DNA from: a virus
Direction: 5' to 3' (one strand)
IMG/VR virus record: IMGVR_UViG_3300031851_000013
Span: 7,616-71,615 of that record
Length of the DNA: 64,000 nt
The notes below the pieces were generated by a model that was not told where the DNA came from, did no database searches, and saw only the letters and a list, made by a program, of their open reading frames with translations. A program made the position numbers and the translations under genes. The first letter of the stretch is position 1. Every line of letters starts with the position of its first letter. Below, piece by piece: positions 48,403 through 58,209 of the stretch.

Positions 48403-51400
48403 TTATTTAATAGCCCACTTCATCAGTGTTTCATTTAATCTTGTGTTTCTCTTGTTAGAGTGGAAGCGATCAAAAGACTCTTCTTTTTTCTCGTCATCTT
48501 CTTCGCCCGAAGCTTTCTTGATGGCTTTATCTTTTTTAGCCATGTAATCATCTGAGTCTACGTCACCGTCACCGTCTTCGTCGTTGCTCTCTGCCATCCG
48601 TGGTTGGTATGAACCGTCGTAATCTTCTTCTGCACCAACGTGGTCTTGAACATCCGCACCGGCATAGACAATTTTACCAGCAACATCAGTAATATTTTCA
48701 TCTGATCCAAGCTCGCCATATAACCAACTGTCTAATTCATCGTTCTGTTGACACTGTTTAACGTCTGCTGCGATATCGCCTGTGAATTGAACGCCGGGTA
48801 AGATGTGCAGAGCACCATACTCGTCTTGAGTCGTTTTAATCCCTATGTGTGCATACTCGCCATCATCTTCTTTCATAACGGTCGCTCGTCTTGCTGGAAT
48901 TTCTTCTTCTTCGTCTTCAACACCGCCGAACTCATCATCCATTTGTCTTTGGATGTCTGCTGGAGCCTCCTCGTCTGAAGCAGCACCTTTATCTAGACCG
49001 TATTGTCTCAAGAGAGCTTCAATATCTTCATCTTCGGCACTGGAACCCAGTCCGTATTCTTCTTCATAATCGTCGTCTAATGTAGGGTCCATCGGGTCGT
49101 CAAAGAGACTGCCAGCGTCATAACCTCTTTCTTTGAGATTATTAACAACACCCTCTGCAAGCCGCTCGCCCATATTGCCGGTAATTCTAGTTGACATCTG
49201 TTTCAACCCAGCAGCATCCAGACCGAGAGCTTTCGCCATCTCTCCCATAAACTCTGCTACCTCTACTTGGTCGCCTTTTATCTTCGCAAGAGCATTTCCC
49301 GTTTCCGGACTCTTAAACATATGCTTTAACAAGGCAACAACATCGGTCTTTTTGCCGCCCTCTTTAGCACGGTCTGCCACACCTTTTTCTTTTTCTTGTC
49401 CGGCAGCAGCATCGTCAATGCGATCCTGAACACCCTCTGTAGTTCTCGTCTTCATATCTTTGTTCTCCATTAATGTTTTAACACCGAGTTTGATGTTGTT
49501 GATAAATTCTTTATTCTCTGCAAGTTGCGGATGTTTCGCAAACACTTCTGATAGCTTTGCCTTAAGTGCAGCTTGTAGTTTAGCTTCTGGGAGAATATCA
49601 CTCATTTCCTCATCACTAACAGGCATGTCGTTCATTACGTCTAGCCAAGTTCCTTCTTTCTTGTTGTACGCAAGAACACGACCGCCCCTGTAGGACTGTG
49701 CTGGCTCCCAAGTCATCTGCCGCATGTGATGATCACCCGCATTCTTATCGTTTAGCCAGTTATTAAAGGACTCAATTGCGTTAATCTCATCAGGAGACAT
49801 TTCTCTTTTACCACGATCCTGTGTTACATATTTGTAGTGATCGCTGGCTGACATCTTGGACATCATTTGCTCTTCCTCGTCAGAACCCATAAAGTCAGGG
49901 CGAGCTTCACTCACGCTTCTTTTTGAAAAGTCGTTAGATAGATTGCCACTCTGTAGTGCATCAATATAAGCCTGATCGGGTTGCACGATGGGCAGTGGTT
50001 CTTCACCTCTTGCTACGAGTACCGCATTATAAGACTCCATGTATTCTGGTGTTCCGTGACCAATCTTTGATGGAGGATTTCCATCTTCGGCATCAATCTT
50101 TCCATATTCAGCCATTGAACCTTCTCTCAAACCTCGCCGTTCGTCAATGTCGTAAAGCTCTGAACCGTCAAATGTGCCACCTGACCGAATCTTGCTTGCA
50201 CCAGCGATAACTTCATCGCCCTGCTTTCCGAAAACCTTTTTGTCGGCATCTGAATAAAGATGAATAACATAACCTTGTTCGCCTGTAACAAGAGTTGTTG
50301 GTTCTGCAATCTTGCCTGTGGCACCACGAAGACCGCCGTCAATAATGTAGACGAATTCGCCGACCTGAAAATCTCCACCCATTGGCATTTCGTTCAGTCC
50401 CTTTTGTTGTCTGTTGCGATTACCAATTTCAGATTCTACAGCCGTTTGATAAAACTCGTCGTGCTTCATTCTCTCCTGATCTACCGTTCCGTTGGTAACA
50501 TGTTCTTCTGCATCTTTAACACACTGTCTCCAATGCTGGTCTACTTCATTTTGGTAAGGGTCGTTGTAATCGTCAAAATAGTTGTCTTCACCTCGGCGGT
50601 ATTTGCCCCTATTGTATCCTTCCTGCATCACTCCACTATAGTCTGACAGGCTTTCATCATCATACATAGCCCTTCTTTCTTCGTCACTCATATCGTGACC
50701 GGACTGAATACCGCCAGCCTTCTGTCTTTGTTGATCATTGATCTGTAGCAGTAATTCATTGGCTTCTGACATACCAAGCCCAGCATCTCGGAGGGACATA
50801 AAAAACTTACCCTCATTGTCATACGAGTTCATCAATCCGTTGGTGTGCCTCCAGAAGTAATAGCCTCTTTTAAAACCTACGGATGCGACCTGACCGCTGC
50901 TTACAGGGATTTCCCCTTCACCCACGTAGGCTTCTTCTTTTAATTTATATCCAAAGCTCTCCATAAGCCTCTGGTTTAGTTTAACATCTCTTCTATCGAA
51001 CATATTTAATTCCTCTTTGTGTTCCTGCATAGCAGCACGTCCCATACCGGACTGTTTTGGTAATTTATCATATTGAACATCATATTCATTTGGCATAAGA
51101 GAGGCGATAAGTTCTTGGTTTTTTCTATACTCTTCCTCGGCTTGCGCATCAAGCTTTTGTTGTTCAACGGCGGCTTCCATTTCTCCATCAAGGCGATCAA
51201 TTGCAGCCTCAACTTCTTCAATTGAAGCAAAAGACCTGCGAGGTCTTACGTTATGAATTGATTTGAACATATCACTATATGTTCCAGTTAGGATTTCAAT
51301 CGCTAACTCTTCGCCGGTTCTAACTCCGACCTTCTCCCAATATGCCTGATCTGTATTCAGACGAATACCGGCTTGAGAATTGATTTTCTGTGCCTCTTCG

Positions 51401-51870
51401 CTGGCTGTTGCTGCGAACCGTGACTCTTTTAAATTTCTTTTTAGTGACTCGTACATGTTTGGATTCTCCGATTTAATTCCATCTTCCCAATCACGGAAAC
51501 AGAGGTTTCCACGTTCGTAGGCTTCACGTTCCATTTCACGAAGGTGTTCGTTGTTCTGTGCGTACCCCTGTTCTCCAACGCCCTGTGTGCCAGCAAGATC
51601 ACCCCGACCGTTTTGGGCGTGGTGTACAAGTTCATGAGATATAGATCTCATAATATCCTTGGGGTGGCGACCATCAATATAAATTGTAATACGACTGTGG
51701 TCTGGTTCGTAGTAACCAGTTTTACCTAGAGGGTTCTTGGCATTGTCTGGATCTTTAGCAAACCTGATGGTTGGTGTCTGTTCGTACCCGTATTGCTCTT
51801 TAGCATAGGGTAAAAAGTCGTCTAAGAGATCTTCTAGAATTCTTAAACTTGATGGGTTAATAATACTCAT
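48403..51870 (-). CDS. Mosaic acidic protein with N-terminal zincin (HExxH) domain, probable head-internal protein
   Basis: SHELVHHAQ...EREAYE; internal KOW motif (FQVGEFVYIIDGGLRGATGKI); DEDGDGDVDSDDY; many (L/M)xE motifs. Confidence 0.7.
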   Translation of the reverse strand: MSIINPSSLRILEDLLDDFLPYAKEQYGYEQTPTIRFAKDPDNAKNPLGKTGYYEPDHSRITIYIDGRHPKDIMRSISHELVHHAQNGRGDLAGTQGVGEQGYAQNNEHLREMEREAYERGNLCFRDWEDGIKSENPNMYESLKRNLKESRFAATASEEAQKINSQAGIRLNTDQAYWEKVGVRTGEELAIEILTGTYSDMFKSIHNVRPRRSFASIEEVEAAIDRLDGEMEAAVEQQKLDAQAEEEYRKNQELIASLMPNEYDVQYDKLPKQSGMGRAAMQEHKEELNMFDRRDVKLNQRLMESFGYKLKEEAYVGEGEIPVSSGQVASVGFKRGYYFWRHTNGLMNSYDNEGKFFMSLRDAGLGMSEANELLLQINDQQRQKAGGIQSGHDMSDEERRAMYDDESLSDYSGVMQEGYNRGKYRRGEDNYFDDYNDPYQNEVDQHWRQCVKDAEEHVTNGTVDQERMKHDEFYQTAVESEIGNRNRQQKGLNEMPMGGDFQVGEFVYIIDGGLRGATGKIAEPTTLVTGEQGYVIHLYSDADKKVFGKQGDEVIAGASKIRSGGTFDGSELYDIDERRGLREGSMAEYGKIDAEDGNPPSKIGHGTPEYMESYNAVLVARGEEPLPIVQPDQAYIDALQSGNLSNDFSKRSVSEARPDFMGSDEEEQMMSKMSASDHYKYVTQDRGKREMSPDEINAIESFNNWLNDKNAGDHHMRQMTWEPAQSYRGGRVLAYNKKEGTWLDVMNDMPVSDEEMSDILPEAKLQAALKAKLSEVFAKHPQLAENKEFINNIKLGVKTLMENKDMKTRTTEGVQDRIDDAAAGQEKEKGVADRAKEGGKKTDVVALLKHMFKSPETGNALAKIKGDQVEVAEFMGEMAKALGLDAAGLKQMSTRITGNMGERLAEGVVNNLKERGYDAGSLFDDPMDPTLDDDYEEEYGLGSSAEDEDIEALLRQYGLDKGAASDEEAPADIQRQMDDEFGGVEDEEEEIPARRATVMKEDDGEYAHIGIKTTQDEYGALHILPGVQFTGDIAADVKQCQQNDELDSWLYGELGSDENITDVAGKIVYAGADVQDHVGAEEDYDGSYQPRMAESNDEDGDGDVDSDDYMAKKDKAIKKASGEEDDEKKEESFDRFHSNKRNTRLNETLMKWAIK

Positions 51871-52098
51871 TTAAAAACTTCCTTCTCCGGAAATGGGGTG
51901 AACTTTTAAAGCTTTCGCTACGTCGTGTTCCGTTGTGTTTGGATTGTCCTTTAAAAAAGACGTTACAGCCTGACTTAGATCAGATTCACTTTCTAGCCTT
52001 TTAATAATATCTGACGAGATATACCCGTAATCAACTTCACCCTCTTCTCTCAAGGATTCCCGAATTGCTTTTTTAATTTCTCTGATTGTAACTTTCAT
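51871..52098 (-). CDS. Small protein with IKKAIRESLREE leader
   Basis: 75 aa; ACTATTTAT motif upstream. Confidence 0.65.
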   Translation of the reverse strand: MKVTIREIKKAIRESLREEGEVDYGYISSDIIKRLESESDLSQAVTSFLKDNPNTTEHDVAKALKVHPISGEGSF

Positions 52099-52160
52099 GA
52101 CGTACCAATAGTGCTCCTATCAACAAATAAATAGTATATTGAAGCTTAAAAATACTTTTT

Positions 52161-52460
52161 TTAAGACAAAAACAAATAAAAACCAACCATAAGCGCAAGG
52201 TATGATATAAACGCAGTATACGTACCTACCAGTGCGAGTGGATTATTGCGATGAGACCACAAAACATAAACCCCCGTACTTACGACGAGGGTTTTTAAAA
52301 TTACGAACGGGACATCGCCGAAACTCATTAAAAATTCGGCAATTGGGTTTGCCTCTTCAAGTACGGCGAGATGTTTGATAAAGACGAGGGAAGCTATAGC
52401 GTCTACTGCATTCATACACAGGACGGAACCAAGGATACATTTTATAATTTTGTCCCTCAT
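52161..52460 (-). CDS. Membrane protein (DUF5658-like)
   Basis: D..S...EEANP motif and three hydrophobic helices. Confidence 0.7.
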   Translation of the reverse strand: MRDKIIKCILGSVLCMNAVDAIASLVFIKHLAVLEEANPIAEFLMSFGDVPFVILKTLVVSTGVYVLWSHRNNPLALVGTYTAFISYLALMVGFYLFLS

Positions 52461-52471
52461 CCAAAAAGCCT

Positions 52472-52705
52472 CTAGATGTCAATGATGACGACACCTCTTT
52501 GTTCTTCATTCTCCTCTTTTGGTTCATCGTATACACTTGGTGGAGGTGGAGGCGGCTCTAACGGGATTTGAATTTGAGGTCGCTCCTGTTCTCTTCTTTG
52601 ACGTTCCTCTTCCTTCATTCTTTCATGAATTATAAGATTGTTTAACTCTTCTTCCGTGAACAAGTCACGAATTCTTTCCCAAAGTTGCTCTAAAGCTCCC
52701 ATCAC
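52472..52705 (-). CDS. Hypothetical protein with poly-Pro
   Basis: ERPQIQIPLEPPPPPP...RGVVIIDI. Confidence 0.65.
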   Translation of the reverse strand: MMGALEQLWERIRDLFTEEELNNLIIHERMKEEERQRREQERPQIQIPLEPPPPPPSVYDEPKEENEEQRGVVIIDI

Positions 52706-53534
52706 AAATCTCCTCTAGACTTTTGATTGTCTCCTTGCTACACCCTTTATGTAAAACTCCGAAACCACCGTGCTCGTTAAATGGGTCTACCTTTCTGGGG
52801 TAGTCGTCAATCAGTACTGACGGTTCATCATTAAATTTAGCGAACTCGTATTTGTTGTGAGAGAAATTAATTCTTTCATCCCACCTAATATTATCTAGTA
52901 GATTCAAGTTCTTTTTCACCCATAAAATCTTACCCTTAGCGGATGCAGTCCCTCCGTTATGATCCATTGGTGAAGTAAGGAGCCTCGGCGACGGTTCAAT
53001 TTTAGATATGACAGACCACAGTTTTCTACCCTCTGGCAAGAAAGGTAAATCAGCCCACCATTGCATATCGTTCTCAAATAATTCACCTATGAGGATTTTC
53101 AACTCGTGAGGTCTTCTCTGCTTACCAACCTTGATGTCAACAAGGTCCACAGAATCTCCATAGAAGGCTCTCACAGCCTCACAGAGAGCTTCTGTCCCTT
53201 CAGGTGGGTTAGACAGTGCCTCATTGATAGATTTTGTGGCTGCTCCTTCAAAATCAACCAAGACTCCATCCATATCACAAAATATCTGATATGGAAAATA
53301 TTTTATTTTTCCTAACGACATAAGCCTCTCCTTATTCTCTGGGGATCTTCTAACTAACTGTAAATCTGATAGACGGTGCTTCTGGACGAAGCCATCAGTG
53401 GCTACCTCGGCGGTGCCCATTAGGGAATCAAACGTGATAAGAATTCCCACTTTGTTAAAGGTGTCGTGTAATTCTCCGTTGGGCTTGTATCCCAACCTGA
53501 AGTCTCTTATTCTAACTAAATCGCCAACATTCAT
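52665..53534 (-). CDS. HAD 5'(3')-deoxyribonucleotidase-like protein with N-terminal KOW/SH3-like domain
   Basis: FCDMDGVLVDF, LLTSP, LIDD; N-terminus MNVGDLVRI. Confidence 0.8.
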   Translation of the reverse strand: MNVGDLVRIRDFRLGYKPNGELHDTFNKVGILITFDSLMGTAEVATDGFVQKHRLSDLQLVRRSPENKERLMSLGKIKYFPYQIFCDMDGVLVDFEGAATKSINEALSNPPEGTEALCEAVRAFYGDSVDLVDIKVGKQRRPHELKILIGELFENDMQWWADLPFLPEGRKLWSVISKIEPSPRLLTSPMDHNGGTASAKGKILWVKKNLNLLDNIRWDERINFSHNKYEFAKFNDEPSVLIDDYPRKVDPFNEHGGFGVLHKGCSKETIKSLEEICDGSFRATLGKNS

Positions 53535-53767
53535 CCGCCACCTATACCACAGACTACTTCAAGCCTATTTGAAACAACGATTTCACACTGGTTTCTCCCC
53601 TTCCCGAAAGAAATTTCGCTTGAGGGTTGCCACATAACTTTTGCGAAGTCATCGCCGAATTCGTCCGGCTGTGGCATCACTATTCCGTACCTATAAATAT
53701 CTTTAGGTTCGGCAACTCCAGTATTTACTGTAAAGAGTTTTAGCTTAACAAGTGTACCTGTCTGCAT
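53531..53767 (-). CDS. KOW/SH3-like small protein
   Basis: MQTGTLVK...GIV...KVMW...LEVV. Confidence 0.65.
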   Translation of the reverse strand: MQTGTLVKLKLFTVNTGVAEPKDIYRYGIVMPQPDEFGDDFAKVMWQPSSEISFGKGRNQCEIVVSNRLEVVCGIGGG

Positions 53768-53945
53768 CTGTGAGACCTCCTGCGGTTACAAGCCCTTCTT
53801 CAATCAGAGCTTCCGCTGTTCTTCCGTAGTGACCTTGCAGTGACCAAGCAAGACCGGTGTTAACAAGACCCTGAAAGAAGACAATCTCTTCTTCTTCTGT
53901 CATGTCTCCATTCTCATAACGAATAATTTCATCAACCAATGTCAT
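53745..53945 (-). CDS. Conserved small phage protein
   Basis: IIRYENG...GLAWSLQGHYGRTA; AAGGAG SD; promoter TTGACA-17-TATGTT at 53968-53996. Confidence 0.7.
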   Translation of the reverse strand: MTLVDEIIRYENGDMTEEEEIVFFQGLVNTGLAWSLQGHYGRTAEALIEEGLVTAGGLTDADRYTC

Positions 53946-53992
53946 AGTTCTATCTCCTTGTGTATACAACATAACACACTAGGTTCTGTTTG

Positions 53993-54241
53993 TCAACACG
54001 TTGGCATAATTTTATTTAATAATTTTTCACCCAACAGTGTGCATAAAACTGCAAAGCTTTGTTCGGTACAAGAGAACATAAGTTCCGTCATTATCTCTCT
54101 CTGTGCGTGCACAGATTTGCTACCTTTAATCACAGCCGCAGCCGTTTTTAGTTCTATACTGGTGAGTTCTAGTGGTTCAATATTCTCGTATTTGCGTATG
54201 TCAATCTTTTTCCATGTCATCGTATTGTAACTAGGAGTCAT
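53993..54241 (-). CDS. Hypothetical protein
   Basis: ORF coupled to exonuclease stop; start uncertain. Confidence 0.45.
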   Translation of the reverse strand: MTPSYNTMTWKKIDIRKYENIEPLELTSIELKTAAAVIKGSKSVHAQREIMTELMFSCTEQSFAVLCTLLGEKLLNKIMPTC

Positions 54242-54827
54242 ATCTTGGATCGTACGGACTTTCGTAAGAATAAATTTCATAGTCCCCACATTCCTTGGTT
54301 AATTCATCAAAAACGGACATTGTGCGCTCACAGTCAGTCAAGGCTGTGTGAGCTTTCCCTGTAAAAGTTACATTATAGTGTTCGCAAAGATAATCCATCC
54401 CGCTCTTTTCAATAATCTTTTTCTTTCTCAACACATCAGCCATAGCCTTTGTATCAATATAGGGTGGAAAAGAAACTGTGTCCTCATCTCCATATAACTT
54501 CTCACAAGCTTTACTGATAAACTGCAAATCAAAGATTAGATTTTGTCCAATAAGAAGATTGGAGTTTTCAATAATCTTTCTTACTTCTGGAAGAACTTCT
54601 CTGTGCGAGGGTGCATCAATATAATCCTCTTCACAATAGTGGTTGATTTCTAACGCCACCGGACTAGCAGTTTCAATGTGCACCGGCTTGATTTTTGAAT
54701 TATATTTCTTTACGACAAACCGCTGTCCATCTTCAGAAATAACATATGATATTAGAGCAATATCAATAATTTCGTGTACTTCTTTTGAAAGACCAGTTGT
54801 TTCTGTATCAATAACTGTTAAGATCAT
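54231..54827 (-). CDS. DEDDh 3'-5' exonuclease (DnaQ-like)
   Basis: IDTETTG, GQNLIFD, HTALTD; start after AGGAG; promoter TTGACA-17-TACTAT at 54857-54885. Confidence 0.9.
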   Translation of the reverse strand: MILTVIDTETTGLSKEVHEIIDIALISYVISEDGQRFVVKKYNSKIKPVHIETASPVALEINHYCEEDYIDAPSHREVLPEVRKIIENSNLLIGQNLIFDLQFISKACEKLYGDEDTVSFPPYIDTKAMADVLRKKKIIEKSGMDYLCEHYNVTFTGKAHTALTDCERTMSVFDELTKECGDYEIYSYESPYDPRYDS

Positions 54828-54886
54828 TTTTTCTCCTGTTAAGTAAAACCTTGAATATAGTAACATATTCACAGGCTGTTGTCAAG

Positions 54887-55126
54887 CTATTTCGGAAGTT
54901 TTAAATAGCACTCGTGTTCGTTTGTATATTTATCTTTACCCCACCAGACTTTATAAATAAAATTGGTAGGTTGATTTCCGGAAAGACTAGTGTTGTAATT
55001 ATATTTTGCTGATATCACTACACCAGCGTTCATATAATGATTGTTCCTCATCTTAAAATGTGAGCCACCAAAAGCTTCTGCCATATCAAACATTACCAAA
55101 TCACCTTTTTTAAACTTCGGGATCAA
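54887..55126 (-). CDS. KOW/SH3-like small protein
   Basis: KFKKGDLV...GVV...YKVWW. Confidence 0.65.
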   Translation of the reverse strand: MIPKFKKGDLVMFDMAEAFGGSHFKMRNNHYMNAGVVISAKYNYNTSLSGNQPTNFIYKVWWGKDKYTNEHECYLKLPK

Positions 55127-55671
55127 ATCTCACCCCCGCCAATTGCTGCCCACTCAATGTAGGTCATCACGTTCTCGCTAATAGCTTTGTCAAACTTCTC
55201 ATTGTCTATGAAGTGACCGAGCTTGTTAGAGAGCCTACGCCCTCGCTTCCAAGCTTCTATCTCTTCCGCTACTATTGACACCTTATATGCCCTGCTCTTT
55301 GCGACTCTCTTGTCGCAGGAGGATGCATACATGGGGTTATCTCTATCAAAGGCACGCCAATGCTTGTCAATTAGCAGGTGACCACACTCATGAAGCAAGG
55401 TATAATACCTTGATTCTGGACCAAGCCGTGAATTGATATAGATTGTCTTTTCACTGGGCTCATACCGGTCTTCAAATCCGGGTCCAAGCTCCACATCTAC
55501 ATTATACTTTGTAGCCCATCCTACGATATCTTCAAATTGTACGGAAAACTTTTTCAAACGATTCTCTCTTTCACTAAAACCACCCGATACAAGAAGGGCA
55601 GCAGAAACTATATTATAAACATAACATAGCATAAGCTCATTGTCAACAGTTAAATCGTCTTTTTTACTCAT
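55123..55671 (-). CDS. ImmA/IrrE-like zinc metallopeptidase
   Basis: TIYINS...TLLHECGH...EEIEAW. Confidence 0.75.
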   Translation of the reverse strand: MSKKDDLTVDNELMLCYVYNIVSAALLVSGGFSERENRLKKFSVQFEDIVGWATKYNVDVELGPGFEDRYEPSEKTIYINSRLGPESRYYTLLHECGHLLIDKHWRAFDRDNPMYASSCDKRVAKSRAYKVSIVAEEIEAWKRGRRLSNKLGHFIDNEKFDKAISENVMTYIEWAAIGGGEI

Positions 55672-55718
55672 TTACACACCAACAAAAACAGGTAGTTACA
55701 GTAGTTTGACGCATTGTG

Positions 55719-55937
55719 TCACCCGTACCACGACCAAAGAGTTCCAATAATTGCTCCGATCATAAAAGATCCCGACATAAATAGGAACAAGGTGAATGGG
55801 TATTCTATATTATCCCCACCTGTTATCTCTATTTCTTCTGCTTTTTGTTGTGATTCCTCATATTTCCGCTGGGCTTCTTTGGAAACACTTACCCTATCAC
55901 CCAAAGCAAGGTGTGGTGGAATTCGTCCATAATACAT
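55719..55937 (-). CDS. Small membrane protein
   Basis: C-terminal TM helix; AGGAG upstream. Confidence 0.55.
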   Translation of the reverse strand: MYYGRIPPHLALGDRVSVSKEAQRKYEESQQKAEEIEITGGDNIEYPFTLFLFMSGSFMIGAIIGTLWSWYG

Positions 55938-56215
55938 TCATCTCTCCTGTGCCGGTCTTCTAGAAAAAAACGAGGAGGCAATCTCTTGATCATGCCGTTC
56001 AAAGCCACTCTTCAAATTACACCCACAAAAGAATCCCTCCTTTTGGGTGGGGTTAAGGGTTCGTTATGGCGTGGAACCCAACCTCTATAAATATAACGTA
56101 TATTACCCTCGTTTATTATTTTTCACACCTTCAACCTAACTCAATCTAATCTCCTTATCTTGACCCTTGGAATAGAGGCTACTAGTATAACTATGCCCTA
56201 ACCCAAAGAAAAGAC

Positions 56216-56428
56216 TCAACTTTGTTGATAATAGTCTTGATTAAGTTCCCCACACGCACAGCACTTGAAGATCGGAATGGGAACAACTGCTGGTTTTTTG
56301 GTTGGAGACACATTTGCCGGGACTCTTTTGAGAGTCACGACTGTTTCAAAAACATTCGCACCACACTTCTTACATGGTACATCTTCAGCTTTTGTAAAAT
56401 CAAAGTTTTGTAAATATTGGCTGTTCAT
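56216..56428 (-). CDS. Zinc-ribbon protein
   Basis: CKKCG...FKCCACG; promoter TTAACA-17-TATTAT at 56448-56476. Confidence 0.75.
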   Translation of the reverse strand: MNSQYLQNFDFTKAEDVPCKKCGANVFETVVTLKRVPANVSPTKKPAVVPIPIFKCCACGELNQDYYQQS

Positions 56429-56479
56429 CGCAATTCCTTATTTAATAATAATAACACAAAGACAGTCTTGTGTTAAGCC

Positions 56480-56755
56480 CTAACACCCTTTTATTACAGC
56501 GGGTATTTCTTTCAAGAGGAGGGATTTTTGTTTCTCAAATGCGTGCTCACGGGAAGAATATTCTTTTTCGTGTCGCCTACCTTCAACAACCCACACCACT
56601 TTACAAATCGGACCACTGGGGTAATCATAGTCATAAACGTCTTGAGGGTCATAGGTATATTCCCACTCCTTGGAATCATAATTCCACTCGTTCTCTGAAC
56701 CGGTGCTGGATATGTTTAAATCTTTCTCCGCCTGACTGGGCTTCTTAGGATTCAT
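56480..56755 (-). CDS. Hypothetical protein
   Basis: Start moved to MNPKK after AAGGA. Confidence 0.55.
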   Translation of the reverse strand: MNPKKPSQAEKDLNISSTGSENEWNYDSKEWEYTYDPQDVYDYDYPSGPICKVVWVVEGRRHEKEYSSREHAFEKQKSLLLKEIPAVIKGC

Positions 56756-56954
56756 CTTCTTCCTTGTTTTTCGTTTCGGTTTGAGGTTTTTGGATACCAC
56801 TGAACATTTCCATGACAGCACCTAACGCATCGTTAAAACCTGACCAGTTAGATTTTAAAAGTTTGGCTTGTAGTTCCATTTGTCGTTGCATCAACTCTTG
56901 CATCTCTGCCACGATTTCTTCTGCACTCTGTTCGTTATTGTTCTCATCGCTCAT
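56745..56954 (-). CDS. Small coiled-coil protein
   Basis: 69 aa; AGGAG SD; preceded by sigma54 motif. Confidence 0.7.
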   Translation of the reverse strand: MSDENNNEQSAEEIVAEMQELMQRQMELQAKLLKSNWSGFNDALGAVMEMFSGIQKPQTETKNKEEDES

Positions 56955-56985
56955 TTAGGTTCTCCTGTTTTTACCTTACCCGTAC

Positions 56986-57001
56986 GCAAAAAGTGTGCCA
57001 A
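56986..57001 (-). promoter_or_regulatory. sigma54 (-24/-12) promoter
   Basis: TTGGCACACTTTTTGC, exact GG-N10-GC, intergenic, about 30 nt before ATG. Confidence 0.65.
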
Positions 57002-57063
57002 CTTCTTGACACATAAAGAATTAACTCTTACCATAAATAGTCATTGTTGACTAAAATCGCCAC

Positions 57064-57213
57064 TTAGCTTTTAATAAATTCTTTCACTACACGACGTTTG
57101 TAGCGACCAAGCTCTGTCTCGCCAAGTTCATATCCCTCAATCCACACTGGGTCGCTAACATTGGTGACTAAAACTATCCTGCTCATATACCTTACCAAGT
57201 CACCTACCTTCAA
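57064..57213 (-). CDS. KOW/SH3-like miniprotein (49 aa)
   Basis: TTG start after AAGGAG; MKVGDLVRY. Confidence 0.65.
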   Translation of the reverse strand: MKVGDLVRYMSRIVLVTNVSDPVWIEGYELGETELGRYKRRVVKEFIKS

Positions 57214-57413
57214 ACCGCACTCCTTACGACTACATGCCTGTCGCCGACTTCGGTCGGACCCCAAGGAAGGCAAACTACAAGCTCACGCCTCGGACCAGTC
57301 TTGAGTGTCATGTGATATACTTTTTCGGAGAGGACTATTCCGACGAGCCCAGAGCCTTCGTTAATTGGCGTGAGCATCTCTACTAGGTCACCTACTTTTG
57401 CAACTTGTTTCAT
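57210..57413 (-). CDS. KOW/SH3-like miniprotein
   Basis: KVGDLVE...GIV. Confidence 0.7.
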   Translation of the reverse strand: MKQVAKVGDLVEMLTPINEGSGLVGIVLSEKVYHMTLKTGPRRELVVCLPWGPTEVGDRHVVVRSAV

Positions 57414-57661
57414 GCTACCGCCTCAAAACATCCTTGTAGGTAGTTGCCACAGCGAACACGTTCGCCGTCTACGGTCAAGACAACATCAACGTATACGTCG
57501 CCTTTGCCATCTTTGTCGTACGACGCATTTAAGGTTGTCTGCCTTACCCCAGTGACAACGCCAATGTGACCAGCACTTACAGGCTCCCACCCACGAGACT
57601 CATTCACTACGGGGTTAGTTCGGACGGATAAAACATTTCTTACAAGATCACCGATTTTCAT
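57410..57661 (-). CDS. KOW/SH3-like miniprotein
   Basis: MKIGDLVR...GVV. Confidence 0.7.
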   Translation of the reverse strand: MKIGDLVRNVLSVRTNPVVNESRGWEPVSAGHIGVVTGVRQTTLNASYDKDGKGDVYVDVVLTVDGERVRCGNYLQGCFEAVA

Positions 57662-58046
57662 TTAACGTCTCCAACGATTGCCATCCGACCCATTCGGATG
57701 TTCCGGCTCCACAAGATTCCAGAGACAAGCCGGTTGTCTGCCACTGGCATTTGTAAGATTTACTGTCTCCCGAAACCTCAATCACAACACCAATCTTTTC
57801 TGTCAAGAATTCTTGAACAAGATCTCCAACACTTAATTTATATGTCTCATCCACGATTGACTCCGTAACCTCTGAAATTATTTCTCGGGAAAATCCCATT
57901 TTTTTAAGTTTATTAATTGATGTGCCTTGGTTGATCAGACAGTGGGCATAAATCTTTCTTGACATTGGTGTTCCACACTCTCCGGGGAGTGCACGAAGAT
58001 CATCAATCCAACCAAGACCATCACGGACATAATCATCTTTGTTCAC
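57648..58046 (-). CDS. Protein with C-terminal KOW/SH3-like domain
   Basis: GTG after GGAGG; LSVGDLVQ...IGVVIE...YKCQW. Confidence 0.65.
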   Translation of the reverse strand: MNKDDYVRDGLGWIDDLRALPGECGTPMSRKIYAHCLINQGTSINKLKKMGFSREIISEVTESIVDETYKLSVGDLVQEFLTEKIGVVIEVSGDSKSYKCQWQTTGLSLESCGAGTSEWVGWQSLETLNENR

Positions 58047-58209
58047 TGATGACCTCCATATCAACGGGCGAGCAGATGACCCTACGACCGGGCGTGGTGG
58101 GCTGAACTGTCCACTCTATTCCAAAATTAGAAAAATACTTTTCAACGACGACACCGATGATTTTGCCATTATTTTTTGTCTGGACTTTAACAAGGTCACC
58201 GATTTTCAC
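58033..58209 (-). CDS. KOW/SH3-like miniprotein (58 aa)
   Basis: Below track cutoff; MKIGDLVKVQTKNNGKIIGVVVEK... Confidence 0.7.
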   Translation of the reverse strand: MKIGDLVKVQTKNNGKIIGVVVEKYFSNFGIEWTVQPTTPGRRVICSPVDMEVISEQR

